Shown piece by piece: positions 1 through 7,741 of a stretch of DNA of 32,000 nucleotides. The notes below the pieces were generated by a model. The model saw only the letters and a program-made list of their open reading frames with translations, had not been told where the DNA came from and searched no databases. The DNA lies in assembly GCF_000195755.1 (NCBI RefSeq), contig NC_002937.3:1770001-1802000 (forward strand), written 5' to 3'. The stretch comes from Nitratidesulfovibrio vulgaris str. Hildenborough. Lineage in GTDB: Bacteria > Desulfobacterota > Desulfovibrionia > Desulfovibrionales > Desulfovibrionaceae. Positions within the stretch are counted from its first letter, which is position 1; every line of letters starts with the position of its first letter. A program made the translations under genes and the position numbers.

Positions 1-615
1 AAGCTGGTAGGCAAAAACGCCATCGGAACGGCGAAGCGCAAAATCGCCACCACAAGACTCCCCGCCCGCCTGTTGTGGGCCGAACAATCCGTCGTCGAAG
101 GCAAAGACACCATCCGGCCACCGCAGACGCATGGCTGGCCTACGTCCTTCCTTCTCCTTGCGGCTGCACTCTTCGATGGTAAGGTTGCGACATGTACCCG
201 GATACGGGGCCCCGAGGTCGCCGGGATGGGGAGCCCCGGCCAGCGTTCGCAACTCCTTGCGTGTGCAGTAGCAGGGGTACACTGCCCCAAGGGTGGCAAG
301 AACATCAAGGACTCTCGCGTAGTCCTGTACACGGCGACTCTGCACGTAAGGACCGCATGGTCCCCCGATATCAGGCCCTTCGTCCCAATCAAGCCCGAGC
401 CATCTCAAATCGGCCATGATGCCTTCTGCGTATTCGGGCCGTGCCCTGTCCGGGTCGATATCCTCCATGCGCAGGAGGACCTTCCCGCCCGCCTGACGGG
501 CGGCCAGCCATGCGAGCATGAATGCCCAGGCATTGCCGAGATGGATGTTCCCCGTGGGACTCGGGGCAAGGCGCCCCCTGATCACGCCGTCACGAGACAA
601 AACTGAAAGTGACAT
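1..615 (-). CDS. gluQ: glutamyl-Q tRNA(Asp) synthetase (GluQRS/YadB family), first 205 codons; C-terminus lies beyond the left edge
   Basis: Absent from the ORF track because there is no stop codon in the window. My minus-strand translation from ATG 615-613 reads MSLSVLSRDGVIRGRLAPSPTGNIHLGNAWAFMLAWLAARQAGGKVLLRMEDIDPDR...YPCYCTRKEL...YPGTCR...GDFALRRSDGVFAYQL. It shows a class-I HIGH-type motif, RxEDxD and a Cys cluster. The DG-x-FAYQL signature is typical of GluQRS, whereas GluRS has DG-x-PTYNFA. Confidence 0.85.
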   Translation of the reverse strand, partial: MSLSVLSRDGVIRGRLAPSPTGNIHLGNAWAFMLAWLAARQAGGKVLLRMEDIDPDRARPEYAEGIMADLRWLGLDWDEGPDIGGPCGPYVQSRRVQDYARVLDVLATLGAVYPCYCTRKELRTLAGAPHPGDLGAPYPGTCRNLTIEECSRKEKEGRRPAMRLRWPDGVFAFDDGLFGPQQAGGESCGGDFALRRSDGVFAYQL

Positions 616-664
616 GGCAAAGGGCAAACACCAACCACGGAAAATGTCAATCGAAGGCACAGAC

Positions 665-693
665 TTGACACTGACAGAGGCTTGGAATAGAAG
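665..693 (+). promoter_or_regulatory. sigma70-like promoter for tRNA-Arg
   Basis: TTGACA at 665-670, a 17-nt spacer, then TAGAAG at 688-693. The tRNA 5' end at 704 lies about 10 nt downstream. Confidence 0.4.
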
Positions 694-703
694 AATCACC
701 CTC

Positions 704-780
704 GCGCCTGTAGCTCAGTTGGATAGAGCGAGCGCCTCCTAAGCGCTAGGCCACAAGTTCGATTCTTGTCAGGCGCACCA
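704..780 (+). tRNA. tRNA-Arg (anticodon CCT), 77 nt with encoded CCA
   Basis: Hand-folded cloverleaf. Acceptor GCGCCTG/CAGGCGC; D arm GCTC-AGTTGGATA-GAGC; anticodon arm AGCGC-CTCCTAA-GCGCT (anticodon CCT); 5-nt variable loop; T arm ACAAG-TTCGATT-CTTGT; discriminator A followed by CCA. Confidence 0.92.
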
Positions 781-788
781 TAGAAAAC

Positions 789-826
789 AACGGGTTACGC
801 GAAATGCGCAGCCCGTTATTTTTTGT
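789..826 (+). terminator. rho-independent terminator after tRNA-Arg
   Basis: Hairpin AACGGG...CCCGTT (789-817) followed by ATTTTTTGTTG. Confidence 0.6.
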
Positions 827-878
827 TGTGCTACCATTTTGCTACCACAACAGTTTTTCGCCTTCTCCTCCCCTTGGT

Positions 879-1088
879 CTATTCGGCGCAGTCCACACAC
901 AGCCCCACACCCGGCAAAGCCTTTAGCCTCGCCTCGGGCAGGGGTTCCCCACACTCGGCGCAGCAGGGTACGCCGTCGATGATATCAGGTGATGGCCCAG
1001 ACCATGTTGCCCGTCCCGCCGCAGCGCTGATGGCGGCCTCACGGTCTTTGGCTTCGTAGTCCGAGGCTTGGTCGAAGATGTCTGCCAT
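879..1088 (-). CDS. TraR/DksA-family C4 zinc-finger protein (phage type)
   Basis: 69 aa ending ...CCAECGEPLPEARLKALPGVGLCVDCAE. This is the CxxC-x17-CxxC pattern with the IP-x-x-R-x-x-A-x-P core typical of phage TraR-like proteins. Confidence 0.8.
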   Translation of the reverse strand: MADIFDQASDYEAKDREAAISAAAGRATWSGPSPDIIDGVPCCAECGEPLPEARLKALPGVGLCVDCAE

Positions 1089-1103
1089 ACCGCTGCCCTC
1101 CCC

Positions 1104-1613
1104 CTACACCGGATAGCTCACGACCACGGCATCCAGCACCTCGACGGTAGTCGCGGCTTCAACCATCGCTTCAAGCTCTGCCCTGCGCGTGGCCAGCTTC
1201 TGCCGGGCATATTCAAGCCCGGTGAGGTCGGTCGCAGCGAGCAACGCGGCCTCCACGGCCACCGTGGTGGGGGTGGGGTCGGAGATGGCGACCACTCCAG
1301 CAAGGGCCGCATCGTGCCCTGCCCGGATGGCAGCCAGCTTCGCAGCCTTGGCCTGTTCCAGCGTCAGGGGCGGGGGCGGTGCATCGGCAGCGGCACGGGC
1401 CGACTCCCACGCGGCGAGGGCTGGCACCACCAGTGCGTCGTACTCGGCTTGGGTCATCGGAGTGTTCGGCGTGCCGTCGCTGTGTTCCACCCATCCGGTG
1501 AGGCCGTCCCACTGGATGGCGTGTACGTGTCCCGGCAGGGTGAGGCTCACGTTGAGGCCCCGTCCGTCCACGATGACGAGGCTGTCGGCGGGAACGATGG
1601 TCACTCTAGGCAT
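1104..1613 (-). CDS. hypothetical phage protein (possible tail-fibre accessory/chaperone)
   Basis: 169-aa ORF co-oriented with the tail fibre and overlapping the upstream gene by 8 nt. The Ala-rich central segment LTLEQAKAAKLAAIRAGHDAAL resembles domains seen in tail-fibre-associated proteins. The function call is weak. Confidence 0.55.
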   Translation of the reverse strand: MPRVTIVPADSLVIVDGRGLNVSLTLPGHVHAIQWDGLTGWVEHSDGTPNTPMTQAEYDALVVPALAAWESARAAADAPPPPLTLEQAKAAKLAAIRAGHDAALAGVVAISDPTPTTVAVEAALLAATDLTGLEYARQKLATRRAELEAMVEAATTVEVLDAVVVSYPV

Positions 1614-1974
1614 GGGGCCCTCCTATGGAGTTCTTGAACGCGCCAGCCTTCACGCTGGCGGCAATGTCGTCCTGCTCAATCTGCGCCTTTGTGCGTGACG
1701 CGAGTGCAACGATTGTTCCCAGCCGAGCCGCTGTTTCCTCTGTCGTGCGCACCATCTCATTGCGAAGAGACTCGGTAGCCGCCGCGCCCTGCCGCACCTG
1801 CTGTGCGTTCTCGATGAGCAGCACGGGCAGCCACGCCAGCGAGCATCCCCACTCGTCGATATCCGCCCCGGTCTGCGGGTGCGTGCCGCGCAACTGTGTG
1901 AACAGGGCGCAGTCAAGTTGTCTGCATTCAGCAAAGCCCGCGAAGGGGCACAGGTTCTTGCGTTGCATCTGCAT
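1606..1974 (-). CDS. hypothetical phage protein
   Basis: 122-aa ORF packed tightly between the tail fibre stop (1977) and the next gene. Protein-like composition (CPFAGFAEC...DEWGCSLAWLPVLLIENAQQ). No family recognised. Confidence 0.55.
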   Translation of the reverse strand: MQMQRKNLCPFAGFAECRQLDCALFTQLRGTHPQTGADIDEWGCSLAWLPVLLIENAQQVRQGAAATESLRNEMVRTTEETAARLGTIVALASRTKAQIEQDDIAASVKAGAFKNSIGGPHA

Positions 1975-1976
1975 GG

Positions 1977-3051
1977 CTAGGCCTTTGTTGCGATGATGAT
2001 GTCGACGTAGGCGAGGCGCAGGTCGAGGCCGTGGGTGTGTGAACCGTTGCTACCCTGCGTGCCGGTGACGAGTTGCGTCGAGTTGGTGGCCCCGGTGCCG
2101 TTGTCGGTGGTGCGGATGACCTGAATGCCGCCGCCTGCGTTACCGGCCCTCCTCACATAGGTGCCTACAGAGTCGATGACCTCGTGTGCGTGCCCCGGCA
2201 TCTGCGAGGCGACCAGCGTCGTCGAGTCGACCATCGTACGGCTAAAAATTGAAGAGAAACCCGTGATGCCACCGCTCCCCACAGCCCCGGAAACCACGCG
2301 CAACGCCCTGTCGTTCATGGTCGTGTCCTTCGTCCATCCCGTGGGGGCCGTCGACTGCTGAAACAGCAGGCGAGTTCCGGCAGGAAAGGGCTTCACGCCT
2401 TCCAGCCCGTACCCGCCGCCCACCGATACAACCACGGCCTTGCCTGCGGCCTCGGCGACAGGGATGGGCAGGATGCGGCTTGCCGCCTTGTCCCGTGCTG
2501 CCTCCGCCCCCCGCCTTCGCCGCTTCCGCCCCAGCCCGCGCAACCTCTGCGCCATCCTTGGCGACACCTGCCGCCGTCGCGCTTCCTGCCGCAGCCCCGA
2601 CAGACGCCTGCGCTACGGCCAGCGCGGAGTTGATGTCATCCATTATCTGGTCGGGCCGCGTGGTCGAATCCATGCGCACCTGCACGCAGCGGCCCACGGC
2701 CTCGCGCAGTTGCTGCGCCATGACGGTGAGCCTGTCCATGCCACGTTCCACCACGCGCACGTCGAACAGCCCCGTATTGGTGTACCTGTCGAGTTGCTCG
2801 AAGGGCACGTCGCGCCAGATGAGCAGCTTCGCACCCGCCGCCAGCGGCGCGGTAAGGGTCAGCGTGCCGCCCACGTCCACGCCCTGCTGCAGGGTGTAGT
2901 CCGTGCCGTTGGCAAGGTCGGTCGCCACACCGTCGACGATGCGCTGTGCCCGCACCCACGCCGGGTCGTGGAACACCCACCGCACCGGAAACGCCGTCTG
3001 CGCCCCGTCGCCGCTGTAGGTATGCGGCGTGTAGTCTCGTGATACGCTCAT
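1977..3051 (-). pseudogene. T7-type tail fibre protein with a collar-like C-terminal domain, split into two frames at a C6/G6 homopolymer
   Basis: The N-terminal frame (3051 down to about 2510) reads MSVSRDYTPHTYSGDGAQTAFPVRW...DYTL...LLIWRDVPFEQLDRYTNTGLFDVRVVERGMDRL. This matches the T7 gp17 N-terminal pattern Y..DG....F.IPF...DY...I.RR......D. The C-terminal frame (about 2506 down to 1977) reads AEAARDKAAS...PTGWTKD...QMPGHAHEV...GSHTHGLDL...IIATKA, which is tail-collar-like. The frames meet at CCCCCC 2507-2512. An AGGAGG RBS precedes ATG 3051. Confidence 0.7.
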
Positions 3052-3085
3052 GTTGCCTCCTGCTTACGGGCCTGTGTCGGCCCGC

Positions 3086-3626
3086 CTATCTGGAAAGACT
3101 CTTCGGACGAGGAGCGATGGGCGACAGGAAGTTGCCCTCGCCTGTTTCGAACTGCTCGTAGCCCCTGATGAAATCGCGCGTCACACGCGAGGCCGGCACA
3201 TGCACCCACAGCGAGATGATGTCGGCCACAGACCCTGCAAGGCGAGCCTGTGCCTGTGCGTCATCAAGGCCGTATTCGTGTGCGGTGCGCACCGCCTTGG
3301 CGAAGCCCAGCGTCACCTTCGAGACAGGCTCGAACACGGTACGGAAAGCCGCGTGTGGTGAACTCGTTACCGAAATCCCCACCAAGCACAGAGGCCGCCA
3401 CCTCCATGCCCATGTCACCCACGACAGGCGCCAAGGGCGAAAGCGAGAACGCAACGCACCGCCGTAATGCGGACGGCATCTCACCTTCAGCAAAGACATG
3501 GCCTCGCATAGGCAATGTAGCGATGGATTGTGTAGCGGATGACATCGCGCCCGTGCTCTGTGATAACGCATGTATCCAGCTACAGAACAAAATGGACACA
3601 CCTTGCGCCATACCCTTGGGCATCAA
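3086..3626 (-). pseudogene. phage structural gene remnant: 5'-truncated at the island edge, with an internal frame break
   Basis: Two overlapping minus-strand ORFs, 3264-3626 and 3086-3601. Each is protein-like in only one half (...SPLAPVVGDMGMEVAASVLGGDFGNEF, then ...AAFRTVFEPVSKVTLGFAKAVRTAHEYGLDDAQAQARLAG...). It lies directly upstream of the tail fibre. The total span is 541 nt, which is 3n+1. Confidence 0.35.
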
Positions 3627-4324
3627 GCTTTGCGCGCTCGCACAACGTTATGGGATACCAACCAAATACAGTATTACAATAAACATATCCGGCCTACTAT
3701 TTCAAAATTCAAGATATACATTGCATCATGCCACAACTTGACGCCTATATAAAACGATACAAGTCTATTTTTGCAAGACACAAAAATACTTTTGTTCATA
3801 GCAATATGTAAAAATACAGACATAATGGTGCCAAAGAAAACAAGGTACGAAAGAAAAGTTTCGATCTTTGATAATAATTGATCACGCAAAGAAAGAGTAT
3901 ATATCAGTGTAAAACCAGCAATGCTGCTTCTGGAAAGATGCAAAATCGCATGAGCAAAGATAAGACAACGGTGTTGTGTTGCGTGAAGAATAAGACGGTA
4001 ACGACGATGAGGAATATGTTGACGCTATCAACAGCCCAAACCCAGGGGGGGCATTGAGAAAGCCGTATCAGTCGCGTTGGCCTATTCCAAACCTACGCTT
4101 CATAGAGTATGTGATATTCCAAATGCAGTGGCCGACTAGGCAGAAGACCACCGGGCGACGGCAGAATAGATAGCCTCTGTTTTCATCTGTCATTGAGCGG
4201 AGAATGCGAAATGTCTTACGCGTGCAAGCAGGTTCCGTTGCCCTGTGTCTGATGCCCCCACTACACAACATCAGCAACCGAGACAGACCAACTGCGCGGA
4301 TGATTGGCAAAAAGGGGTAGCTGC

Positions 4325-5572
4325 ATGGAAATAACCATCCACCGTGGAACGCAAGAAATCGGCGGAAGCTGTGTGCAGCTTTCTTCAGGGGGCCGATCAA
4401 TATTGATTGATGCTGGCTCCCCCCTCAGAGAAAGCCAATGCGAGGTCAAGCTTTCTGATATCAGCTTTGAAGCAGTGTTGGTGAGCCACCCGCATCAGGA
4501 TCATTACGGACTGATCGACAGCCTTGATCCTGCCACGCCGGTCTATATTGGCGAAATCGCCTGTAAGATGATTGCCGCAGCCAGAACCTTTACGTCCAGA
4601 CCTCCCCTTGCAAACAACTTCAGGCATTTCAAGGCATGGACCCAGTTTGAAATAGGCCCTTTCCGTATCACTCCGTATCTGATGGATCATTCATCTACCG
4701 ACGCCTTTGGCTTTCTGGTCGAAGCCGAAGGTAAAAGACTTTTCTACAGCGGAGATTTCAGAGCGCATGGCAGCAAAGAAAAAACATTCGATGCCCTTCT
4801 TGCAAGACCCCCTCAAAAGGTCGATGTATTGCTGATGGAAGGCACCATGCTGGGCCGTGAAAGTGCAGCATACAGGCGGGAAAAAAATATTGAAAACGAA
4901 ATGCTAGAGGTACTGAGCGAAGAAAAAGGACCAGCTTTTCTGATTTGTTCAGGACAACATGTTGATCGTTTGTGTGCCGCCTTCAGAGCATGTAGAAAAG
5001 CTGGGCGAATCTATGTCGTTGACATCTATACAGCCTGGATTCTGCAAATTCTATCCGAGCACTTCGACACGACACCTCACTTCCGCCTGAAAGACATCCG
5101 CGTATTGGCGCATGGCCCCACCGCAAAAAACCACTACATGGCCATCAAGAACAACGCAAAGTTCACAAGATTCATACGGGAAATCTACAAAACCGATACG
5201 GCCATTAAAGAGTCTCAAATCGCCGAATCCCCAAGCCGCTATTTCATCAAAAATACTCGGATTGATCATTTGCTGAATGCGCTAAATCCACCACAGTGCA
5301 GTCTCATATATTCACAATGGAGTGGATATCTTGAAAGCCAATACAACCCTCAAAGCTGGAAACTGACGAATCTCAGAGATGACCCGAGAGTCTCATTCCA
5401 TGAAATCCACACCAGTGGACATGCTTTCCGGCAAGACCTTAAGCGTTATGCCAACGCAATTAACCCAAAGCTTCTGGTGCCGATTCATACAGAAAAAAAA
5501 CAAGACTATGCAAAGCACTTCCAGCCCATTCAGGTGAAGGCCGTTGCAGACGGCGAGTTGTTTGAAGTTTGA
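4325..5572 (+). CDS. metallo-beta-lactamase fold nuclease of the beta-CASP family
   Basis: MEITIHRGTQEIGGSCVQL start with AAGGGG 9 nt upstream of ATG 4325; the track start at 4304 is a TTG. MBL motif HPHQDH at 4487-4504, then MDHS and YSGDF. Beta-CASP-like motifs follow: A (LLMEGT), B (HTSGHA), C (LVPIHTE). Confidence 0.85.
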   Translation: MEITIHRGTQEIGGSCVQLSSGGRSILIDAGSPLRESQCEVKLSDISFEAVLVSHPHQDHYGLIDSLDPATPVYIGEIACKMIAAARTFTSRPPLANNFRHFKAWTQFEIGPFRITPYLMDHSSTDAFGFLVEAEGKRLFYSGDFRAHGSKEKTFDALLARPPQKVDVLLMEGTMLGRESAAYRREKNIENEMLEVLSEEKGPAFLICSGQHVDRLCAAFRACRKAGRIYVVDIYTAWILQILSEHFDTTPHFRLKDIRVLAHGPTAKNHYMAIKNNAKFTRFIREIYKTDTAIKESQIAESPSRYFIKNTRIDHLLNALNPPQCSLIYSQWSGYLESQYNPQSWKLTNLRDDPRVSFHEIHTSGHAFRQDLKRYANAINPKLLVPIHTEKKQDYAKHFQPIQVKAVADGELFEV

Positions 5573-5652
5573 AAAGTGCGTACAGCATAAGGCAAATTAG
5601 CATTTGCTACAACACTCTGCCCCATTCGCACAAATACTCAGGAGGTAGAAAG

Positions 5653-6639
5653 GTGTCCGATAACATGTTGCGCACATTCAAACGAGGAATACGCGATACG
5701 CAAACGCTCGAAGCTGCGAAATCCTTTTTCTGTTCCCCCTTGGGACAGCTCATACTCAATGGAAATTCAAACAACAGAAGCCCATTCCAAATCTGCATAA
5801 GAGACAACTACTTCAATGTTTATTGGAATGGCTGTTCCGTAATGAAGTATCGCCCAAAGGCAACACATAATGAATTTACAATTCATCACAAGTATATTCA
5901 TGGAAAAGAAGGGAAAAAAGACTATCTGAATATGCTTCCTCAAAGAGATACAAACGTCTGCGACCTGAAAACGAATACAGATTATGCCTGGTCTTTCAGA
6001 AAAAACATTGTCGAACCAGCAATAAATGGATGCCATGTACCCGTGCTCAGCGAGTATGTAGACAGCAGCAAAGGCAACATGCAAAAAGAGAAAGCCTTGC
6101 TCAAGAGGTATATTGAAAGCTCAGAAAGCTTTCTTTTGATAGACCTTGAAGTAGCTTTTTCACGGCTGAACGAAAACAATAAACACGCTGCCCACCGCAT
6201 CGACATGGCAGAGATTGACTATGATGACAATAATACTCCTACCTTGCGCCTTGTCGAGGTCAAGGCATCCAGCGACAACAGACTAAGAGCGCAACTCAAG
6301 AGCGCGCTAATGGAACACAGCGATAAAATCATGTATCAAATGAATATATATCAAAACTTTTTAAACAATGAGATTGCTGGCATTACTGAAAGCTACAGGC
6401 TCATTGCATCTAACATGCTTGAACTGGGCTTCGATCGGCACATGAAAGGCACGGCTGGCAAGTCGGCAACTGAGGTTCTTCAAGATTTCGCAGCAAGAGG
6501 CATTGTCGACCCACAACCGCACCTGCTTGTGTTGTATTCCGAGCAAAACAGATACGTTGAAGACGATCATTTCCGGCTACTGCAAGACGTAATCGCTCAA
6601 ATGTATCCACGGCTAAGGCTTGTTCGTGTTGCTGGATAG
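5653..6639 (+). CDS. hypothetical protein with a PD-(D/E)xK-like nuclease core in the C-terminal half
   Basis: AGGAGG lies 7 nt upstream of GTG 5653; the track start at 5569 is a TTG that overlaps the upstream stop. The putative catalytic pattern is HRIDMAEID...LRLVEVK (D 6202-6204, E 6256-6258, K 6262-6264). No family recognised. The gene is very AT-rich. Confidence 0.7.
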   Translation: MSDNMLRTFKRGIRDTQTLEAAKSFFCSPLGQLILNGNSNNRSPFQICIRDNYFNVYWNGCSVMKYRPKATHNEFTIHHKYIHGKEGKKDYLNMLPQRDTNVCDLKTNTDYAWSFRKNIVEPAINGCHVPVLSEYVDSSKGNMQKEKALLKRYIESSESFLLIDLEVAFSRLNENNKHAAHRIDMAEIDYDDNNTPTLRLVEVKASSDNRLRAQLKSALMEHSDKIMYQMNIYQNFLNNEIAGITESYRLIASNMLELGFDRHMKGTAGKSATEVLQDFAARGIVDPQPHLLVLYSEQNRYVEDDHFRLLQDVIAQMYPRLRLVRVAG

Positions 6640-6730
6640 CAGTTGCTACGCGTTCGCCCTACCCCGCACGGCTAGGCTTGCCGAGACAACAGCGCGACAC
6701 ACGGTTGTGGGACGTTGCATCGTAAAGTCC

Positions 6731-6758
6731 TTGACACGCACGCTCACCGGTATATGAC
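6731..6758 (+). promoter_or_regulatory. candidate orphan sigma70-like promoter
   Basis: TTGACA at 6731-6736, a 16-nt spacer, then TATGAC at 6753-6758. No credible CDS lies downstream before the terminator at 6894. Confidence 0.3.
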
Positions 6759-6893
6759 AGCCAACGAGTGTTACCTGTCGCTGTCAAGTCGCGAGCACAT
6801 CTCGACAACCACGCCCCAAATCTCGAAGCCCTTTATGCGCTACTGGTTTCTTTCCAGCTTGGCAGCATGGCGGGTGCGCAGGGCACCCCGAAC

Positions 6894-6920
6894 AAAGCCG
6901 CTTTCAAAGCGGCTTTTTTT
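6894..6920 (+). terminator. rho-independent terminator between convergent genes (possibly bidirectional)
   Basis: AAAGCCGCTT / AAGCGGCTTT hairpin (6894-6916) followed by a T7 run. An A-rich stretch upstream allows some function on the other strand. Confidence 0.65.
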
Positions 6921-6997
6921 GTCTATACCTCCAGAGGCTCCATATTTATCATCACATACGCAACATGGCAGGATACTTGAATATAATGCCGCCCCAG

Positions 6998-7741
6998 CTA
7001 TTCATTCAGCAGCAGCTCCGACATACCGTCCAGCTTCGCCTTGACGGACTTCCAGTCCGGCATCCGGTCCGCCAGCAGGCGGTAGAAGCGGGGGCTGTGG
7101 TTGTGCTCCTGAAGGTGGCACAGCTCATGCGTCAGCACGTAATCGATACACTCTCGCGGCGCTTTGATAAGGTGCGGATTTATGGAGAGTGTGCCGTTTG
7201 GTGAGCAGCTTCCCCATTGCTTTTTCATGGTCAGCAGTTGCCACGGTGGCACATCATCCTTCCACGGGGTTCTCTCCACAATGGCTTCCAGACGCTGCGT
7301 AAAGTATTCCTTGGCGCGTTGCCTATACCAGTCCTGCAAGAGGCTTCTGACGCGTTCCGGTAAGCTGTCTTCCGTGCTTACTTCCAGCCTTCCGCGATAG
7401 AGCCGCACCTGCGCCTTTTGCCCCTGTGTCTTGATGACTTTGAGCTGGTGGCGGCGGCCTTGATAGAAGTAGCTTTCGCCGCTCACGTATTCGCGTGGCA
7501 GTACGTACCTGCGAAGCTCCCGCGCGCGGAGCATGTGGTCCAGAACCCATCTGGCGCGTTTCTGCACGGCCTCTTTTATTTGCACGAGGTCGGCGTCCTG
7601 CGGCGCATCGACCTGAACGGAACCGTCCGGATGCACATGGATGGCGACTTTCGCCTTCCGCCCCGGCACGTGACACACTTGATAGCGAATGCGTTCATCG
7701 CCATAGGTGAGTGTTTGCATGATTGTCTTATCTGTTTCCAT
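6998..7741 (-). CDS. M48-family / DUF45 (YgjP-like) zinc metallohydrolase
   Basis: The HELCHLQEHNHSPRFY motif (HExxH followed by NHS..FW-like) is typical of the DUF45 proteins found beside type I hsdR. The start is uncertain: ATG 7741 overlaps the hsdR 3' end, ATG 7720 lies 7 nt after the hsdR stop, and the track start at 7801 is unlikely. Confidence 0.8.
   Translation of the reverse strand: METDKTIMQTLTYGDERIRYQVCHVPGRKAKVAIHVHPDGSVQVDAPQDADLVQIKEAVQKRARWVLDHMLRARELRRYVLPREYVSGESYFYQGRRHQLKVIKTQGQKAQVRLYRGRLEVSTEDSLPERVRSLLQDWYRQRAKEYFTQRLEAIVERTPWKDDVPPWQLLTMKKQWGSCSPNGTLSINPHLIKAPRECIDYVLTHELCHLQEHNHSPRFYRLLADRMPDWKSVKAKLDGMSELLLNE

Noticed and set aside
73-606. 177-aa plus-strand ORF (and the 192-419 and 518-742 ORFs) at the left edge
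   Set aside because: They are antisense to a clearly recognisable gluQ reading frame that is open to the window edge. The translations are Pro/Arg/Gly-rich with no motifs.
1977-3051. Diversity-generating retroelement acting on the tail fibre
   Set aside because: The window contains no reverse transcriptase, no template repeat and no adenine-specific variable/template repeat pair.
3674-3943. 89-aa hydrophobic minus-strand ORF as a confident gene
   Set aside because: It starts at a TTG without a recognisable RBS, and no family is recognised. I keep it only as a note within the AT-rich region finding.
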